Assembly: GCA_045634705.1 (NCBI GenBank)
Contig: JAZRAU010000081.1
Span: 1-51,925 of the forward strand
Reading direction: 5' to 3'
Length of the DNA stretch: 51,925 nucleotides
Source: Eubacteriales bacterium
GTDB taxonomy: Bacteria; Bacillota; Clostridia; Oscillospirales; CAG-272
Both the position numbers and the translations under genes were made by a program. Below the pieces are notes generated by a model, which was given only the letters and a program-made list of their open reading frames with translations, searched no databases and was not told the origin of the DNA. Below, in pieces: positions 40,773 to 50,294 of this stretch; the stretch's first letter is position 1; the number at the start of each line of letters is the position of its first letter.

Positions 40773-43700
40773 GTGCAGGACTTTGTGCATCTTCATCTTC
40801 ACAGTGAATACAGCTTGCTTGACGGCGCCTGCCGTGTGCGCGATATCCCCAAGGCCGCGGCCGAGGCGGGCCACCGCGCCGTGGCCATTACGGATCACGG
40901 CGTTATGTACGGTGCCGTTGCCTTTTTCCGTGCCTGCCTTGACGAGGGGATAAAGCCGATCATCGGCTGTGAGGTCTATGTAGCGCCCCGTTCGCGCTTT
41001 TCTAAGGAAGGGAAGGGCGATTCCTCAGGCTATCACCTGATCCTTCTCTGCAAGAATGAGGTGGGCTACCGCAACCTGATCGCCATGGTGTCCTCCTCCT
41101 TTACCGAGGGCTTCTATTCCAAGCCGCGTATTGATATGGATCTTCTTGAGAAGCATAAGGAAGGGCTGATCGCGCTTTCTGCCTGCCTTGCGGGTTACAT
41201 TCCCCGCATGATCCTTATGGGGGATATAAAGTCGGCCGAGGCGCATGCCAAGCGCATGCAGTCTCTTTTTGGTGAGGATTTTTACCTTGAGCTTCAGGAT
41301 CACGGCCTTGCCGACGAGGCTACCGTGGTAAGAGCGCTCTGTGAGCTTTCGGCGAGGACGGGAATTCCTCTTGTTGCCACCAACGACGTCCATTATCTCA
41401 AAAAGAGCGATTCCGAGATCCAGGCTACAATGATGTGCATTCAGACGAACAGCGTCATTACGGACGGACGCCCTCTCGGCTTTGAGACCGATGAATTTTA
41501 CTATAAATCCACAGAGGAGATGCGTGCACTCTTCGGGCATATTGAGGGGGCGCTGGAAAACTCGGTGAAAATAGCGGAGAAGTGCCACTTCTCCTTCTCC
41601 TTTGACAAGGTGCATATGCCCGCCTTTCCAACGCCAAGCGGGCTTACCCATGGAGAATATCTGGCCCGTCTTGCCGCGGAGGGCCTTGACCGCCGTATGG
41701 CATGTGGAGACATTGACCTTTCCTTTGGCACGGTGGCCGAGTATCAGGAGCGCATTGCCTATGAGCTTTCGGTCATCGGCAATATGGGCTTTGACGGTTA
41801 TTTTCTCATTGTCCGTGATTTTATCGCCTACGCTAAGGAGCAGGGGATCCCCGTTGGTCCCGGGCGTGGATCTGGCGCGGGGAGCATGGTTGCGTACTGT
41901 GTGGGCATTACCGACATTGATCCCTTCCGCTACGGTCTTCTCTTTGAGCGTTTCCTGAACCCCGAGCGAGTCTCTCTCCCCGATTTTGATACCGACATCT
42001 GCTATGAACGCCGTGACGAGGTGATCGCCTACGTCCGCCACCGCTACGGTGAGGACCACGTGGCCCAGATCGTCACCTTTGGTACCTTGGCCGCCCGTGC
42101 CGCCGTGCGTGATGTTGGCCGTGCTATGGGGCTTCCGTATGCCGAGGTGGATTCTGTGGCCAAGCTGATCCCCCGTGCTCTCGGCGTAACGATCGGGACA
42201 GCACTCCGCCGCCGTGAGCTGCGCGAGCTGTACGATTCTTCGGAAACCGTCCGCAAGCTGATCGATACCGCTATGGCGCTGGAGGGGATGCCCCGTCACG
42301 CCTCCACGCACGCCGCCGGTGTGGTCATTACCGAGGAGCCTTTATCACAGTATCTCCCCTTGGCGACCAACGGGGAGGCTGTTGTGACCCAGTACGATAT
42401 GGACACCGTGGCCGCGCTTGGCCTTGTTAAGTTTGACCTTCTCGGCCTTCGGTATCTGACGATCATTTCGGATGCTGAGCGTGCCGTCCGTGAGACCGAG
42501 CCCGATTTTGATATCACACGCGTGCCGCTTGACGATGAGGCGACCTACCGTCTGCTATCCGAGGGGCGCACCAGTGGCGTTTTTCAGCTGGAATCGGGTG
42601 GGATGCGCCAGCTTCTTACCGAGATGCGCCCCCGCAGCGTGTACGATATTACCGCGGCTATCGCCCTCTACCGCCCGGGGCCGATGGAGTCGATCCCGCA
42701 TTACCTTGCCTGCCGCGAGGGAAGAGAAACTCCGATCTACGAGACCGAGGCGCTCCGTGATATTTTGGACGATACTCACGGCTGCATTGTCTACCAGGAG
42801 CAGGTGATGCAGATCTTCCGCCGTCTTGCGGGATATTCCTATGCCCGCGCCGACATCGTTCGCCGTGCGATGTCAAAGAAAAAGGCATCGGTCCTCTCGG
42901 CCGAGCGAGACGGCTTTGTGAGGGGCGCTGCCGAGCGCGGCGTCACCCGTGAGGCGGCCGAGGCACTCTTTGACAGAATGCAAAGCTTTGCTGAGTACGC
43001 CTTCAACAAAAGTCACGCGGCGGCCTATGCTACGCTCTCCTTCCGCACCGCCTATCTGAAAGCCCACCACCCACGGGAGTACATGGCGGCACTCCTCACC
43101 TCGGTCCTTGGCGATATGACCAAGACCGCCGAGTATATTGCCGAGGCCACCCGTTATGGGATCGCCGTGTTGCCCCCCGACATCAACGAAAGCCGTATGA
43201 CCTTCTCGGTCAACGGCGATAATATCCGCTTCGGCCTTTTGGCCCTCCGCAACGTTGGCCGTCCCTTTGTGGAGGCGATCCTTGCCGAGCGTGCCGTCCG
43301 TCCCTTTACAAGCTTCGGGGATTTTCTTGACCGAATGAGCGGAAAGGAAATGAACCGCCGCCAGGTGGAGGCGCTTATCAAATGCGGCGCCTTTGACCGT
43401 CTTGGAGTCTTCCGCTCCCGTCTCCTTTCGGTCTATGAGGCCATGCTGGACGAGATCGCCCAACGTGACCGTGCCGGGGTTACGGGCCAAATGGACATCT
43501 TCTCCCTCGGCGGCGCAACGGAAAAACCGCCCGAATACCGCTATCCCGATATCCCCGAGTTCGGGATCCGCGAGCTTCTCACTCTGGAAAAGGAAAGCTC
43601 AGGCATGTATTTCTCGGGCCATATCATTGAGGATTACGGGAATCACATGAAGGCCCTCTCCTGTACGCCGATTTCCGAGATCCTTGAGGGCTTTGGCGAG

Positions 43701-44234
43701 GCGGGCGAGGGGGCGGCCTACACCGAGGGAGACCGCGTCACCGTTGGCGGTGTGATCACGCGCCGCACAGTGAAAAATCTGAAAAACGGCTCCACCATGG
43801 GCTTTGTTACCCTGGAGGACCGCTACGGTGAGATCGACGGCATTGTGTTTGCCAAAACTCTGGAGTCGCTGGGGCGCCTTCTGATCCCGGATACTGCTGT
43901 GGCAGTGATGGGGAAGCTTTCCTGCAAGGAGGGCGAAAAGCCCGAGATCATCGTGATGTCTGTCACCCCACTGCGCTCGGATACCGAGGCTCCGCCTCGG
44001 GAATCCAAAGGGGGGGCCAAGCGCCTTTTTCTCCGCGTTCCTTCTCTCGATTCGGATGCCTGCCGTATGGCGCTCCGCCTTCTTGAACGGTCAGCGGGAG
44101 ACATCGGCGTTGCGGTATACGATGCCTCCTCGGAGAAATACGTCACTGTCTCAGACCGCCGCGTCAGCGCCGACCCCGACCTTTTGAATTCGCTTTATCG
44201 GGTTCTTGGTAGGGAGAACGTTGTGCTTCGCTGA
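40773..44234 (+). CDS. dnaE: DNA polymerase III alpha subunit (DnaE type)
   Basis: 1153 aa. PHP domain (FVHLHLHSEYSLLDGA), palm (LPDFDTDI), fingers and an OB domain. The GTG start follows AAAAGGAGGG. Confidence 0.96.
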   Translation: MQDFVHLHLHSEYSLLDGACRVRDIPKAAAEAGHRAVAITDHGVMYGAVAFFRACLDEGIKPIIGCEVYVAPRSRFSKEGKGDSSGYHLILLCKNEVGYRNLIAMVSSSFTEGFYSKPRIDMDLLEKHKEGLIALSACLAGYIPRMILMGDIKSAEAHAKRMQSLFGEDFYLELQDHGLADEATVVRALCELSARTGIPLVATNDVHYLKKSDSEIQATMMCIQTNSVITDGRPLGFETDEFYYKSTEEMRALFGHIEGALENSVKIAEKCHFSFSFDKVHMPAFPTPSGLTHGEYLARLAAEGLDRRMACGDIDLSFGTVAEYQERIAYELSVIGNMGFDGYFLIVRDFIAYAKEQGIPVGPGRGSGAGSMVAYCVGITDIDPFRYGLLFERFLNPERVSLPDFDTDICYERRDEVIAYVRHRYGEDHVAQIVTFGTLAARAAVRDVGRAMGLPYAEVDSVAKLIPRALGVTIGTALRRRELRELYDSSETVRKLIDTAMALEGMPRHASTHAAGVVITEEPLSQYLPLATNGEAVVTQYDMDTVAALGLVKFDLLGLRYLTIISDAERAVRETEPDFDITRVPLDDEATYRLLSEGRTSGVFQLESGGMRQLLTEMRPRSVYDITAAIALYRPGPMESIPHYLACREGRETPIYETEALRDILDDTHGCIVYQEQVMQIFRRLAGYSYARADIVRRAMSKKKASVLSAERDGFVRGAAERGVTREAAEALFDRMQSFAEYAFNKSHAAAYATLSFRTAYLKAHHPREYMAALLTSVLGDMTKTAEYIAEATRYGIAVLPPDINESRMTFSVNGDNIRFGLLALRNVGRPFVEAILAERAVRPFTSFGDFLDRMSGKEMNRRQVEALIKCGAFDRLGVFRSRLLSVYEAMLDEIAQRDRAGVTGQMDIFSLGGATEKPPEYRYPDIPEFGIRELLTLEKESSGMYFSGHIIEDYGNHMKALSCTPISEILEGFGEAGEGAAYTEGDRVTVGGVITRRTVKNLKNGSTMGFVTLEDRYGEIDGIVFAKTLESLGRLLIPDTAVAVMGKLSCKEGEKPEIIVMSVTPLRSDTEAPPRESKGGAKRLFLRVPSLDSDACRMALRLLERSAGDIGVAVYDASSEKYVTVSDRRVSADPDLLNSLYRVLGRENVVLR

Positions 44235-44237
44235 TGC

Positions 44238-44266
44238 TTGACACCGCTGCGCGCGGGGTGTATAAT
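44238..44266 (+). promoter_or_regulatory. consensus sigma-A promoter of cvpA-clpE-mrp
   Basis: TTGACA (44238-44243), a 17-nt spacer, then TATAAT (44261-44266). Both hexamers are perfect. It starts 4 nt after the dnaE stop. Confidence 0.75.
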
Positions 44267-44320
44267 CAAGGTTGCCTAAATCCCTTTTGTTCTTATCCAA
44301 AAGTATGTGGAGGAATTGTT

Positions 44321-45019
44321 ATGACACTTGGAAACCTCATTTTTGATCTTGTACTTGTTATTATGCTTGTCGTGGGCCTTGTTTCGGGCTGGCGCCGCGG
44401 TTTGCTCGCTTTTGTTCTCAAAGGGGGCGCGGGCATTCTTTCGGCCATCATTTCCGTGAGCTTTTACCGCCCTGTCGGTGATCTTCTTAAGGGAAAGTAT
44501 TTTCTCTCTCCCATTCGTTCGTCGATCGATGGCGCCGTGCTTGACCTTGTCGGTCCTGCGCCTACCCCTGAGGAGCTGACGTCCTCGGTGCCCGATAACC
44601 TCAAAAACGTGGCCGGCCTTTTCGGCGTTGACCTCAATGAAATGGCCAGCTCTGCGATTGCTGAGGGTGGCAACGTTGTGGAAAAATTCTGTGCGGGGGC
44701 CGCGGATATGATCGCGGGATTTTTGGGCATGGCCGTGGCCTTCCTGCTCCTTTTTATCGGCTCTTACATCATTCTCCGTATTTTTTCAAAGCCGCTTTCT
44801 AAGGTCATTATGAAGATTCCGCTTCTTGGCGGCGTCAACCGTCTTTTCGGTCTTATTGTCGGTGGGCTTTTGTCCTTCCTGCTTGTTTGGGTCCTTGTCT
44901 GGGCCGTGGCGCTTGTCGATCAGGCCGCAGGTCTTGCCTTCCTTGAAGTCGATGAGACTTTCATCGGCGGCTTTTTCCACCGCACGCTCTCCCTTTCGAA
45001 CCTTATCGGAGGGAATTGA
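44321..45019 (+). CDS. cvpA: CvpA-family membrane protein
   Basis: The N-terminus LIFDLVLVIMLVVGLVSGWRRGLL and the C-terminal IPLLGGVNRLFGLIVGGLLSFLLVWVLVW fit CvpA. A soluble ~70-aa insertion lies between them. The start is set at ATG 44321 behind GGAGGA. Confidence 0.65.
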   Translation: MTLGNLIFDLVLVIMLVVGLVSGWRRGLLAFVLKGGAGILSAIISVSFYRPVGDLLKGKYFLSPIRSSIDGAVLDLVGPAPTPEELTSSVPDNLKNVAGLFGVDLNEMASSAIAEGGNVVEKFCAGAADMIAGFLGMAVAFLLLFIGSYIILRIFSKPLSKVIMKIPLLGGVNRLFGLIVGGLLSFLLVWVLVWAVALVDQAAGLAFLEVDETFIGGFFHRTLSLSNLIGGN

Positions 45020-45041
45020 TTTTCAGTAAAGGTGACAAATA

Positions 45042-47351
45042 ATGCAAATGTGTGTCAGATGCCACAGGCGTGTTGCTGTGGTGTTTATAACCCGTATGGA
45101 TAAGGATGGGACTGTCAATGAGGGACTCTGCCTCAACTGTGCCAGAGAGCTTGGCATCAAGCCCGTCAACGATATGCTGGAGAAGATCGGCGTTACCGAG
45201 GAGGACATCGAAAGAATGTCCGAGGACCTTCGTAGCGCTCTCACCGAAGGGGGCGCTGAGGGAGAGGGCGAGGACGGAGGGGAGGACGGCGGCGCTCCCG
45301 CCATCGATCTCCCTAAGATCTTTCAGCGCCTTGGCTTTCCCGTCGTTCCTCAAAAGCCAAGCGAGGGCGGCGATGAGAAAAAACGCCCTCGGAGCGATAA
45401 AAAGAAGGAGAAGCCGCACAAGCTTCTCGATACCTATTGCAAAAACCTCACGGCAGAGGCGGCCGCAGGACGGCTTGACCGCATCGTTGGCCGTGATCGC
45501 GAGCTTGAGCGCGTCATACAGATCCTTTGCCGCCGTCAGAAGAACAATCCCTGCCTGATCGGTGAGCCGGGCGTCGGTAAGACCGCCATTGCGGAGGCGC
45601 TGGCCCTGCGTATCGTCGCGGGAGACGTCCCCTACCGCTTGCGCGATACCGAGCTGTATCTTCTTGATCTTACGGCTCTTGTGGCAGGAACACAGTTCCG
45701 AGGTCAGTTTGAGTCGCGGATCCTCGGCCTACTTTCCGAGGTGAAGAGCGCGGGGAACGTGATCCTTGTCATCGACGAGGTCCATAACATTGTGGGCGCC
45801 GGCGAGAGCGAGGGGAGTATGAATGCCGCTAACATCTTAAAGCCGGCCCTCTCACGCGGAGAGATCCGCGTCATCGGGGCCACCACGTTGAAGGAATACC
45901 GCAAGTTCATAGAGAAGGACAGCGCACTTGAACGCCGCTTCCAGCCCGTTAACGTGCTTGAGCCTTCAATTGAAGAAACGGTAGAGATGCTCCGGGGGAT
46001 CAAGGGATATTACGAGGAATTTCACTCGGTCAAGGTGCCCGATGCCACCCTTCGTGCTGCGGCGGAGATGTCGGAGCGCTATATCACCGACCGTTTTCTC
46101 CCCGACAAGGCCATCGACCTTCTTGATGAGGCCTCGGCCCGCCGGGCCCTCGACTGTCCTGAGCTTTCGCGCCGCCGCGCCCTTGAGGCCGAGATAGCCA
46201 CCGTTCTTGAAGAGAAGTCGACACTTGAAGCGCGCCCCGATGAAGAGGAAAGCGCTAAAAACGAGGAAAAATATAAGGCGATCGCCGACGTTACGGTGAG
46301 AGAGCTGAAGCTTCGCGAGGAGCTGGAGCCTCTCCTTGCTGTTACGGACAATCTGTTTCTTACCGTGGATGATCTCGCTTCTGTCGTGGAGATCTGGACG
46401 GGAGTTCCCGCCACATCGATCAGTATGAGTGAGTTTGACCGCCTTGACGGTCTTCGGGAGCGCATCTCACGCCGTATTATAGGGCAAGAGGAGGCGGTCA
46501 GCGCCGTTGTCCGCGCAATCAAGCGCAAAAGGGCGGGTGTTGCTGTCCGTAAGGCTCCGATCTCGTTCATCTTTGCGGGGCCCACGGGCGTTGGCAAGAC
46601 CGAGCTTGTAAAGGTCCTTGCCGCCGATCTTTTTCGTCAGCCCGACACCCTGATCCGCCTGGATATGTCCGAATTCATGGAAAAGCATTCGGTCTCCAAG
46701 CTGATCGGCGCCCCTCCCGGATATGTGGGGTATGATGAGGCGGGTCAGTTGACCGAAAAGATCCGCCGCCGTCCCTATTCCGTGATCCTCTTTGACGAGA
46801 TCGAAAAGGCACACCCCGACGTTCTCAATATCCTCTTACAGGTGCTTGACGACGGCAAGCTGACCGATGCCGCGGGACGTGTAGTAAACTTTGAAAACAC
46901 CCTCATTGTGATGACAACCAATGCGGGAAGTGAGCGTGGCGCCGGCATTTCGGGCTTCCACGCCTCGGTTTCGGCCCTCGGAAAGGAAAAGACCGAGCGT
47001 GCCCTTTCCTCCTTCCTGCGCCCCGAATTTTTGAACCGCATTGATGAGATCATCACCTTCCGTCCGCTTTCCGAGGAGGATTTTGTTGCCATTGCCCGTC
47101 TTTTGGTAGCTGAGCTTGCGGACGTCCTTGCCTCACGCGGTATTTCTCTTACCGCCACGGAGGATGCCTATCGGGTGATCGCCAATAAATCCTATTCCGA
47201 GAAGTTTGGCGCACGCAACATGCGCCGCTTTATGGAAACCCACGTGGAGGATGTGCTGGCAGAGGAGATCATTGCCCACCGTGACACCCTCATCACCGCC
47301 GTTTCTCTTTCCGCTACGGCCGAGGGAGAGCTTCGCATTGAATGTATGTAA
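45042..47351 (+). CDS. clpE: ClpE-type Hsp100/Clp ATPase (N-terminal zinc ribbon plus two AAA+ modules)
   Basis: The N-terminus carries C4-x2-C7-x22-C30-x2-C33. D1 has GEPGVGKTA with VLVIDEVH, and D2 has GPTGVGKTE with [12 protein letters not shown] candidate ClpP-docking loop is GISGF. There is no Clp_N repeat domain. Confidence 0.8.
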   Translation: MQMCVRCHRRVAVVFITRMDKDGTVNEGLCLNCARELGIKPVNDMLEKIGVTEEDIERMSEDLRSALTEGGAEGEGEDGGEDGGAPAIDLPKIFQRLGFPVVPQKPSEGGDEKKRPRSDKKKEKPHKLLDTYCKNLTAEAAAGRLDRIVGRDRELERVIQILCRRQKNNPCLIGEPGVGKTAIAEALALRIVAGDVPYRLRDTELYLLDLTALVAGTQFRGQFESRILGLLSEVKSAGNVILVIDEVHNIVGAGESEGSMNAANILKPALSRGEIRVIGATTLKEYRKFIEKDSALERRFQPVNVLEPSIEETVEMLRGIKGYYEEFHSVKVPDATLRAAAEMSERYITDRFLPDKAIDLLDEASARRALDCPELSRRRALEAEIATVLEEKSTLEARPDEEESAKNEEKYKAIADVTVRELKLREELEPLLAVTDNLFLTVDDLASVVEIWTGVPATSISMSEFDRLDGLRERISRRIIGQEEAVSAVVRAIKRKRAGVAVRKAPISFIFAGPTGVGKTELVKVLAADLFRQPDTLIRLDMSEFMEKHSVSKLIGAPPGYVGYDEAGQLTEKIRRRPYSVILFDEIEKAHPDVLNILLQVLDDGKLTDAAGRVVNFENTLIVMTTNAGSERGAGISGFHASVSALGKEKTERALSSFLRPEFLNRIDEIITFRPLSEEDFVAIARLLVAELADVLASRGISLTATEDAYRVIANKSYSEKFGARNMRRFMETHVEDVLAEEIIAHRDTLITAVSLSATAEGELRIECM

Positions 47352-47372
47352 AAGAGCTAAGGAGATAGTATC

Positions 47373-48200
47373 ATGGCCAATGAATGTACCCACGATTGCA
47401 GCACGTGCAGTCACAAATGCAGCGAGGCAGACAAGGCCTCGCTCTTAGCCAAGCCGAACCCCGGCAGCCGCATCAAAAAGATCATCGGCGTTGTCAGCGG
47501 CAAGGGCGGCGTCGGCAAATCCTCGGTAACAACAATGCTTGCGGTGGCCATGCGCCGCCGCGGCTTTTCCGTCGGTGTTTTGGATGCCGATGCCACCGGC
47601 CCCTCGATCCCTAAGGCGTTTGGTCTGCACACGGGCACGATCGTCGGTGACGAAAATGGCATGGTCCCTGCCGAAACGGCGACGGGCATCCGCGTAATGT
47701 CTGTTAACCTTCTCGTTGATGAGGAGGAAAAGCCCGTGGTGTGGCGCGGACCTGTGATCGCAGGGGTGGTCACACAATTTTATACCGATGTTTCCTGGGG
47801 GGATGTGGATTATCTGTTCATCGATATGCCTCCGGGAACGGGCGACGTTCCTCTTACTGTTTTCCAGAGCCTTCCTGTGGACGGCATTGTGATCGTCACA
47901 AGCCCGCAGGAGCTGGTTTCCATGATCGTTCAGAAGGCGCTGACCATGGCGGAGATGATGAAGATCCCCGTCCTTGGCCTTGTGGAGAACTTCAGCTACT
48001 TCGTTTGCCCCGACTGTGGCAAGGAGCATCACATCTTCGGTGCGAGCCGCATTGCGGAGGTTGCCGCCAAAAACGGCACCGAGGTGCTGGCCCGCCTGCC
48101 CTTCGATCCCGCCCTGGCGGCCGAATGCGATAAGGGCAATGCCGAGGCGCTGGATACCGCCTCCTTGATCTTTGCCTGCGATAAGATCTCGATCCTCTAA
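47373..48200 (+). CDS. mrp: Mrp/NBP35/ApbC-family Fe-S cluster carrier ATPase
   Basis: It has a deviant Walker A (VVSGKGGVGKSSVT), DMPPGTGD and CPDCGKEHHIFG (CxxC). The N-terminus has an extra cysteine cluster, CTHDCSTCSHKC. A TAAGGAGA RBS is present. Confidence 0.88.
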   Translation: MANECTHDCSTCSHKCSEADKASLLAKPNPGSRIKKIIGVVSGKGGVGKSSVTTMLAVAMRRRGFSVGVLDADATGPSIPKAFGLHTGTIVGDENGMVPAETATGIRVMSVNLLVDEEEKPVVWRGPVIAGVVTQFYTDVSWGDVDYLFIDMPPGTGDVPLTVFQSLPVDGIVIVTSPQELVSMIVQKALTMAEMMKIPVLGLVENFSYFVCPDCGKEHHIFGASRIAEVAAKNGTEVLARLPFDPALAAECDKGNAEALDTASLIFACDKISIL

Positions 48201-48206
48201 AAACAA

Positions 48207-48236
48207 AAACGCCCTCCGGGGCGTGTTTATTTTTTC
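48207..48236 (+). terminator. rho-independent terminator after mrp
   Basis: Stem acgccc (48209-48214) pairing with gggcgt (48219-48224), loop tccg, then gtttatttttt. Confidence 0.7.
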
Positions 48237-48304
48237 TTCTTCCCAAAAGCGACATATTTCTGTACCTCGACCGAATATACTGTATGTAAGAAAGGAAGAA
48301 GAAA

Positions 48305-49186
48305 ATGAAGGTCGTTTACATAGATGTATTGTTCCTCATCAATTTTTGTATGGATTTTCTCGCACTTTGGTTTTGCGGCTCACTGCTGCATCTTCCAAGG
48401 CGCCGTCCACCTCTTTTGCTGGCGGCCGCTCTTGGGGGCGCCTATGCAGCCATAGAGGCGGTCTTTCCCGGCAACCCCACCGTTTCGCTCTTGGTGGGGG
48501 CGGGCACGGCGCTCCTTCTGTGCTTTGTTGCCTACGGGCGCCATTGCCGCGCACGGCTTTTTGTCACACTTTGCGCGCTGTTCCTTGGTGTTTCCTGGCT
48601 TTTTGGCGGAATGATCACGGCGTTTTATACACTCCTTGAAAAATTTTTCCGTGACAGAAGGGATTTTTATGAGGCGCTCATCGGTGGGGAGGGGCGGCTT
48701 GCGGTGTTTTCGGCGTTGGCGCTTCTCGTCGTGACGGTATTTTCTCTGTCACGGCGCCTGTTTACAGCGAGTGCTATGGCAGGGAATGCTAAGGTGGAGA
48801 TCCGCGATGGAGGTCGCTTCCGTATGCTATCCGCTATGGTGGATACGGGAAACACGCTTCACGATCCCCTGTCGGGGAAGGTGTGCATTGTGATTGATCC
48901 TAACGCCGTTTCGGGCATTCTTCCCGAGGACGTACTTTCCTTTTCGCAGGGTGGAGAGCTGGACCTTGCGCTGCTTTCGCCCGAAAACAAGAAAAGGATC
49001 CGTCTTGTACCAACCGAGTCCTTGGGCGGCGGCCGTCTCCTTGTGGGCTATCTTCCCGATAGGATCGAGGTCACAAGCTCTGAGGGGAGGGGGAGGCGGA
49101 GTGTGGATGCCCTGCTGGTTCTCGATGAACGCGGCGGAGGCTTTAACGGCCATGCCGCCCTACTGCCCCCCGTTTTGATCCGATAG
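48305..49186 (+). CDS. spoIIGA: sigma-E processing aspartic peptidase SpoIIGA
   Basis: The N-terminal membrane domain is [19 protein letters not shown], and the C-terminal protease carries [15 protein letters not shown] (the DTGN active site). Confidence 0.9.
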   Translation: MKVVYIDVLFLINFCMDFLALWFCGSLLHLPRRRPPLLLAAALGGAYAAIEAVFPGNPTVSLLVGAGTALLLCFVAYGRHCRARLFVTLCALFLGVSWLFGGMITAFYTLLEKFFRDRRDFYEALIGGEGRLAVFSALALLVVTVFSLSRRLFTASAMAGNAKVEIRDGGRFRMLSAMVDTGNTLHDPLSGKVCIVIDPNAVSGILPEDVLSFSQGGELDLALLSPENKKRIRLVPTESLGGGRLLVGYLPDRIEVTSSEGRGRRSVDALLVLDERGGGFNGHAALLPPVLIR

Positions 49187-49205
49187 AAACTATGGAGGTG
49201 ATCTT

Positions 49206-49934
49206 ATGAGGTTTTTTCGCGCGTTATGTCTGTTTTTCAAGAGGCTGTGGCACCGCATCCGCTGCTGGTTCCACCCCGCCGAGTGGCGCCGTGTGTATTA
49301 CATCAACGGCACGACCGTCCTGCCGCCCCCCCTCACGCATGAGGAGGAGAGCGACATCCTTGCACGAATGAAGGAGGACAGCTCATTGAAAAAGGTTCTT
49401 GTGGAGCGCAATCTACGCCTTGTGGTCTATATCGCCAAGAAGTACGAGAATACGGGCGTTAACATCGAGGATCTCATTTCGATCGGTACGGTGGGGCTTA
49501 TGAAGGCAGCCAACACCTTTGATCCTGAAAAAAACATCAAGCTTGCCACCTACGCCTCGCGTTGCATTGAGAACGAGATCCTGATGTACTTACGGAAAAC
49601 GGGCGTGCAAAAGCGCGAGATCTCGATCGATGAGCCCTTGAACGTAGATTGGGACGGCAATGAGCTTCTGCTTTCCGACGTTTTGGGGAGCGATCCCGAT
49701 GTGGTCTGCCGGCGTATCGAGGAGGTGGAGGAGCGGCGCATGGTCAGGCAGTCTGTGGCGGCACTTGAACCGCGCGAGCGGGAGATCATTGAACTGCGCT
49801 TTGGGCTTACTGGTGGCCGCGAACGCACCCAGAAGGAGGTGGCCGACATGCTTGGCATTTCCCAATCTTACATTTCGCGCCTCGAAAAAAAGATCATGGA
49901 GCGCCTTCGCATCGAGTTAAGCGAAAAAATTTAA
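49206..49934 (+). CDS. sigE: RNA polymerase sporulation sigma factor sigma-E (pro-sigma-E)
   Basis: A pro-sequence is followed by [18 protein letters not shown], region 2 ([36 protein letters not shown]) and region 4 ([21 protein letters not shown]). A GGAGGTGA RBS is present. Confidence 0.93.
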   Translation: MRFFRALCLFFKRLWHRIRCWFHPAEWRRVYYINGTTVLPPPLTHEEESDILARMKEDSSLKKVLVERNLRLVVYIAKKYENTGVNIEDLISIGTVGLMKAANTFDPEKNIKLATYASRCIENEILMYLRKTGVQKREISIDEPLNVDWDGNELLLSDVLGSDPDVVCRRIEEVEERRMVRQSVAALEPREREIIELRFGLTGGRERTQKEVADMLGISQSYISRLEKKIMERLRIELSEKI

Positions 49935-49953
49935 TTTTATTTGAAAAAAGGTA

Positions 49954-49982
49954 TTGCATTACAAAAAAGTATATGATATAAT
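49954..49982 (+). promoter_or_regulatory. sigma-A promoter of rpmE
   Basis: TTGCAT (49954-49959), a 17-nt spacer, then TATAAT (49977-49982). Confidence 0.7.
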
Positions 49983-50018
49983 ATACCAGCATAATGAAAA
50001 GTTCAAAGAGGTGTGAAA

Positions 50019-50225
50019 ATGAAACCTGGAATCCATCCCGATTACAAGCCCGCTACCATTCGGTGCGCTTGCGGTAATACCGTTCTGTCCGGCTCTGTCA
50101 AGGGGGATATGACGGTGGACATCTGCTCCAACTGCCATCCTTTCTTCACCGGCAAGCAGAAGTTCGTCGATGCGGGCGGCCGTGTTGACAAGTTCAAGAA
50201 GCGTTTGGCGGCAAGCGGTAAATAA
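50019..50225 (+). CDS. rpmE: 50S ribosomal protein L31 (Zn-ribbon type A)
   Basis: It carries MKPGIHPDY...CACGN...[13 protein letters not shown]. The start is set at ATG 50019, because the track GTG 50013 lies inside the AGAGGTG RBS. Confidence 0.94.
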   Translation: MKPGIHPDYKPATIRCACGNTVLSGSVKGDMTVDICSNCHPFFTGKQKFVDAGGRVDKFKKRLAASGK

Positions 50226-50241
50226 TCAAAAACAGAGATTT

Positions 50242-50274
50242 GGCGTGGCGAGCATAGCTCTCACGCCTTTTTTC
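50242..50274 (+). terminator. rho-independent terminator after rpmE
   Basis: Outer stem ggcgtg (50242-50247) pairing with cacgcc (50262-50267), an inner gagc/gctc stem, then tttttt. Confidence 0.8.
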
Positions 50275-50294
50275 TCTCTTTACGGAGGCGAACG

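Noticed and set aside
41025-42311. A 428-aa minus-strand ORF inside dnaE
   Set aside because: It is antisense to an unambiguous DnaE coding region and has no domain signature or RBS.
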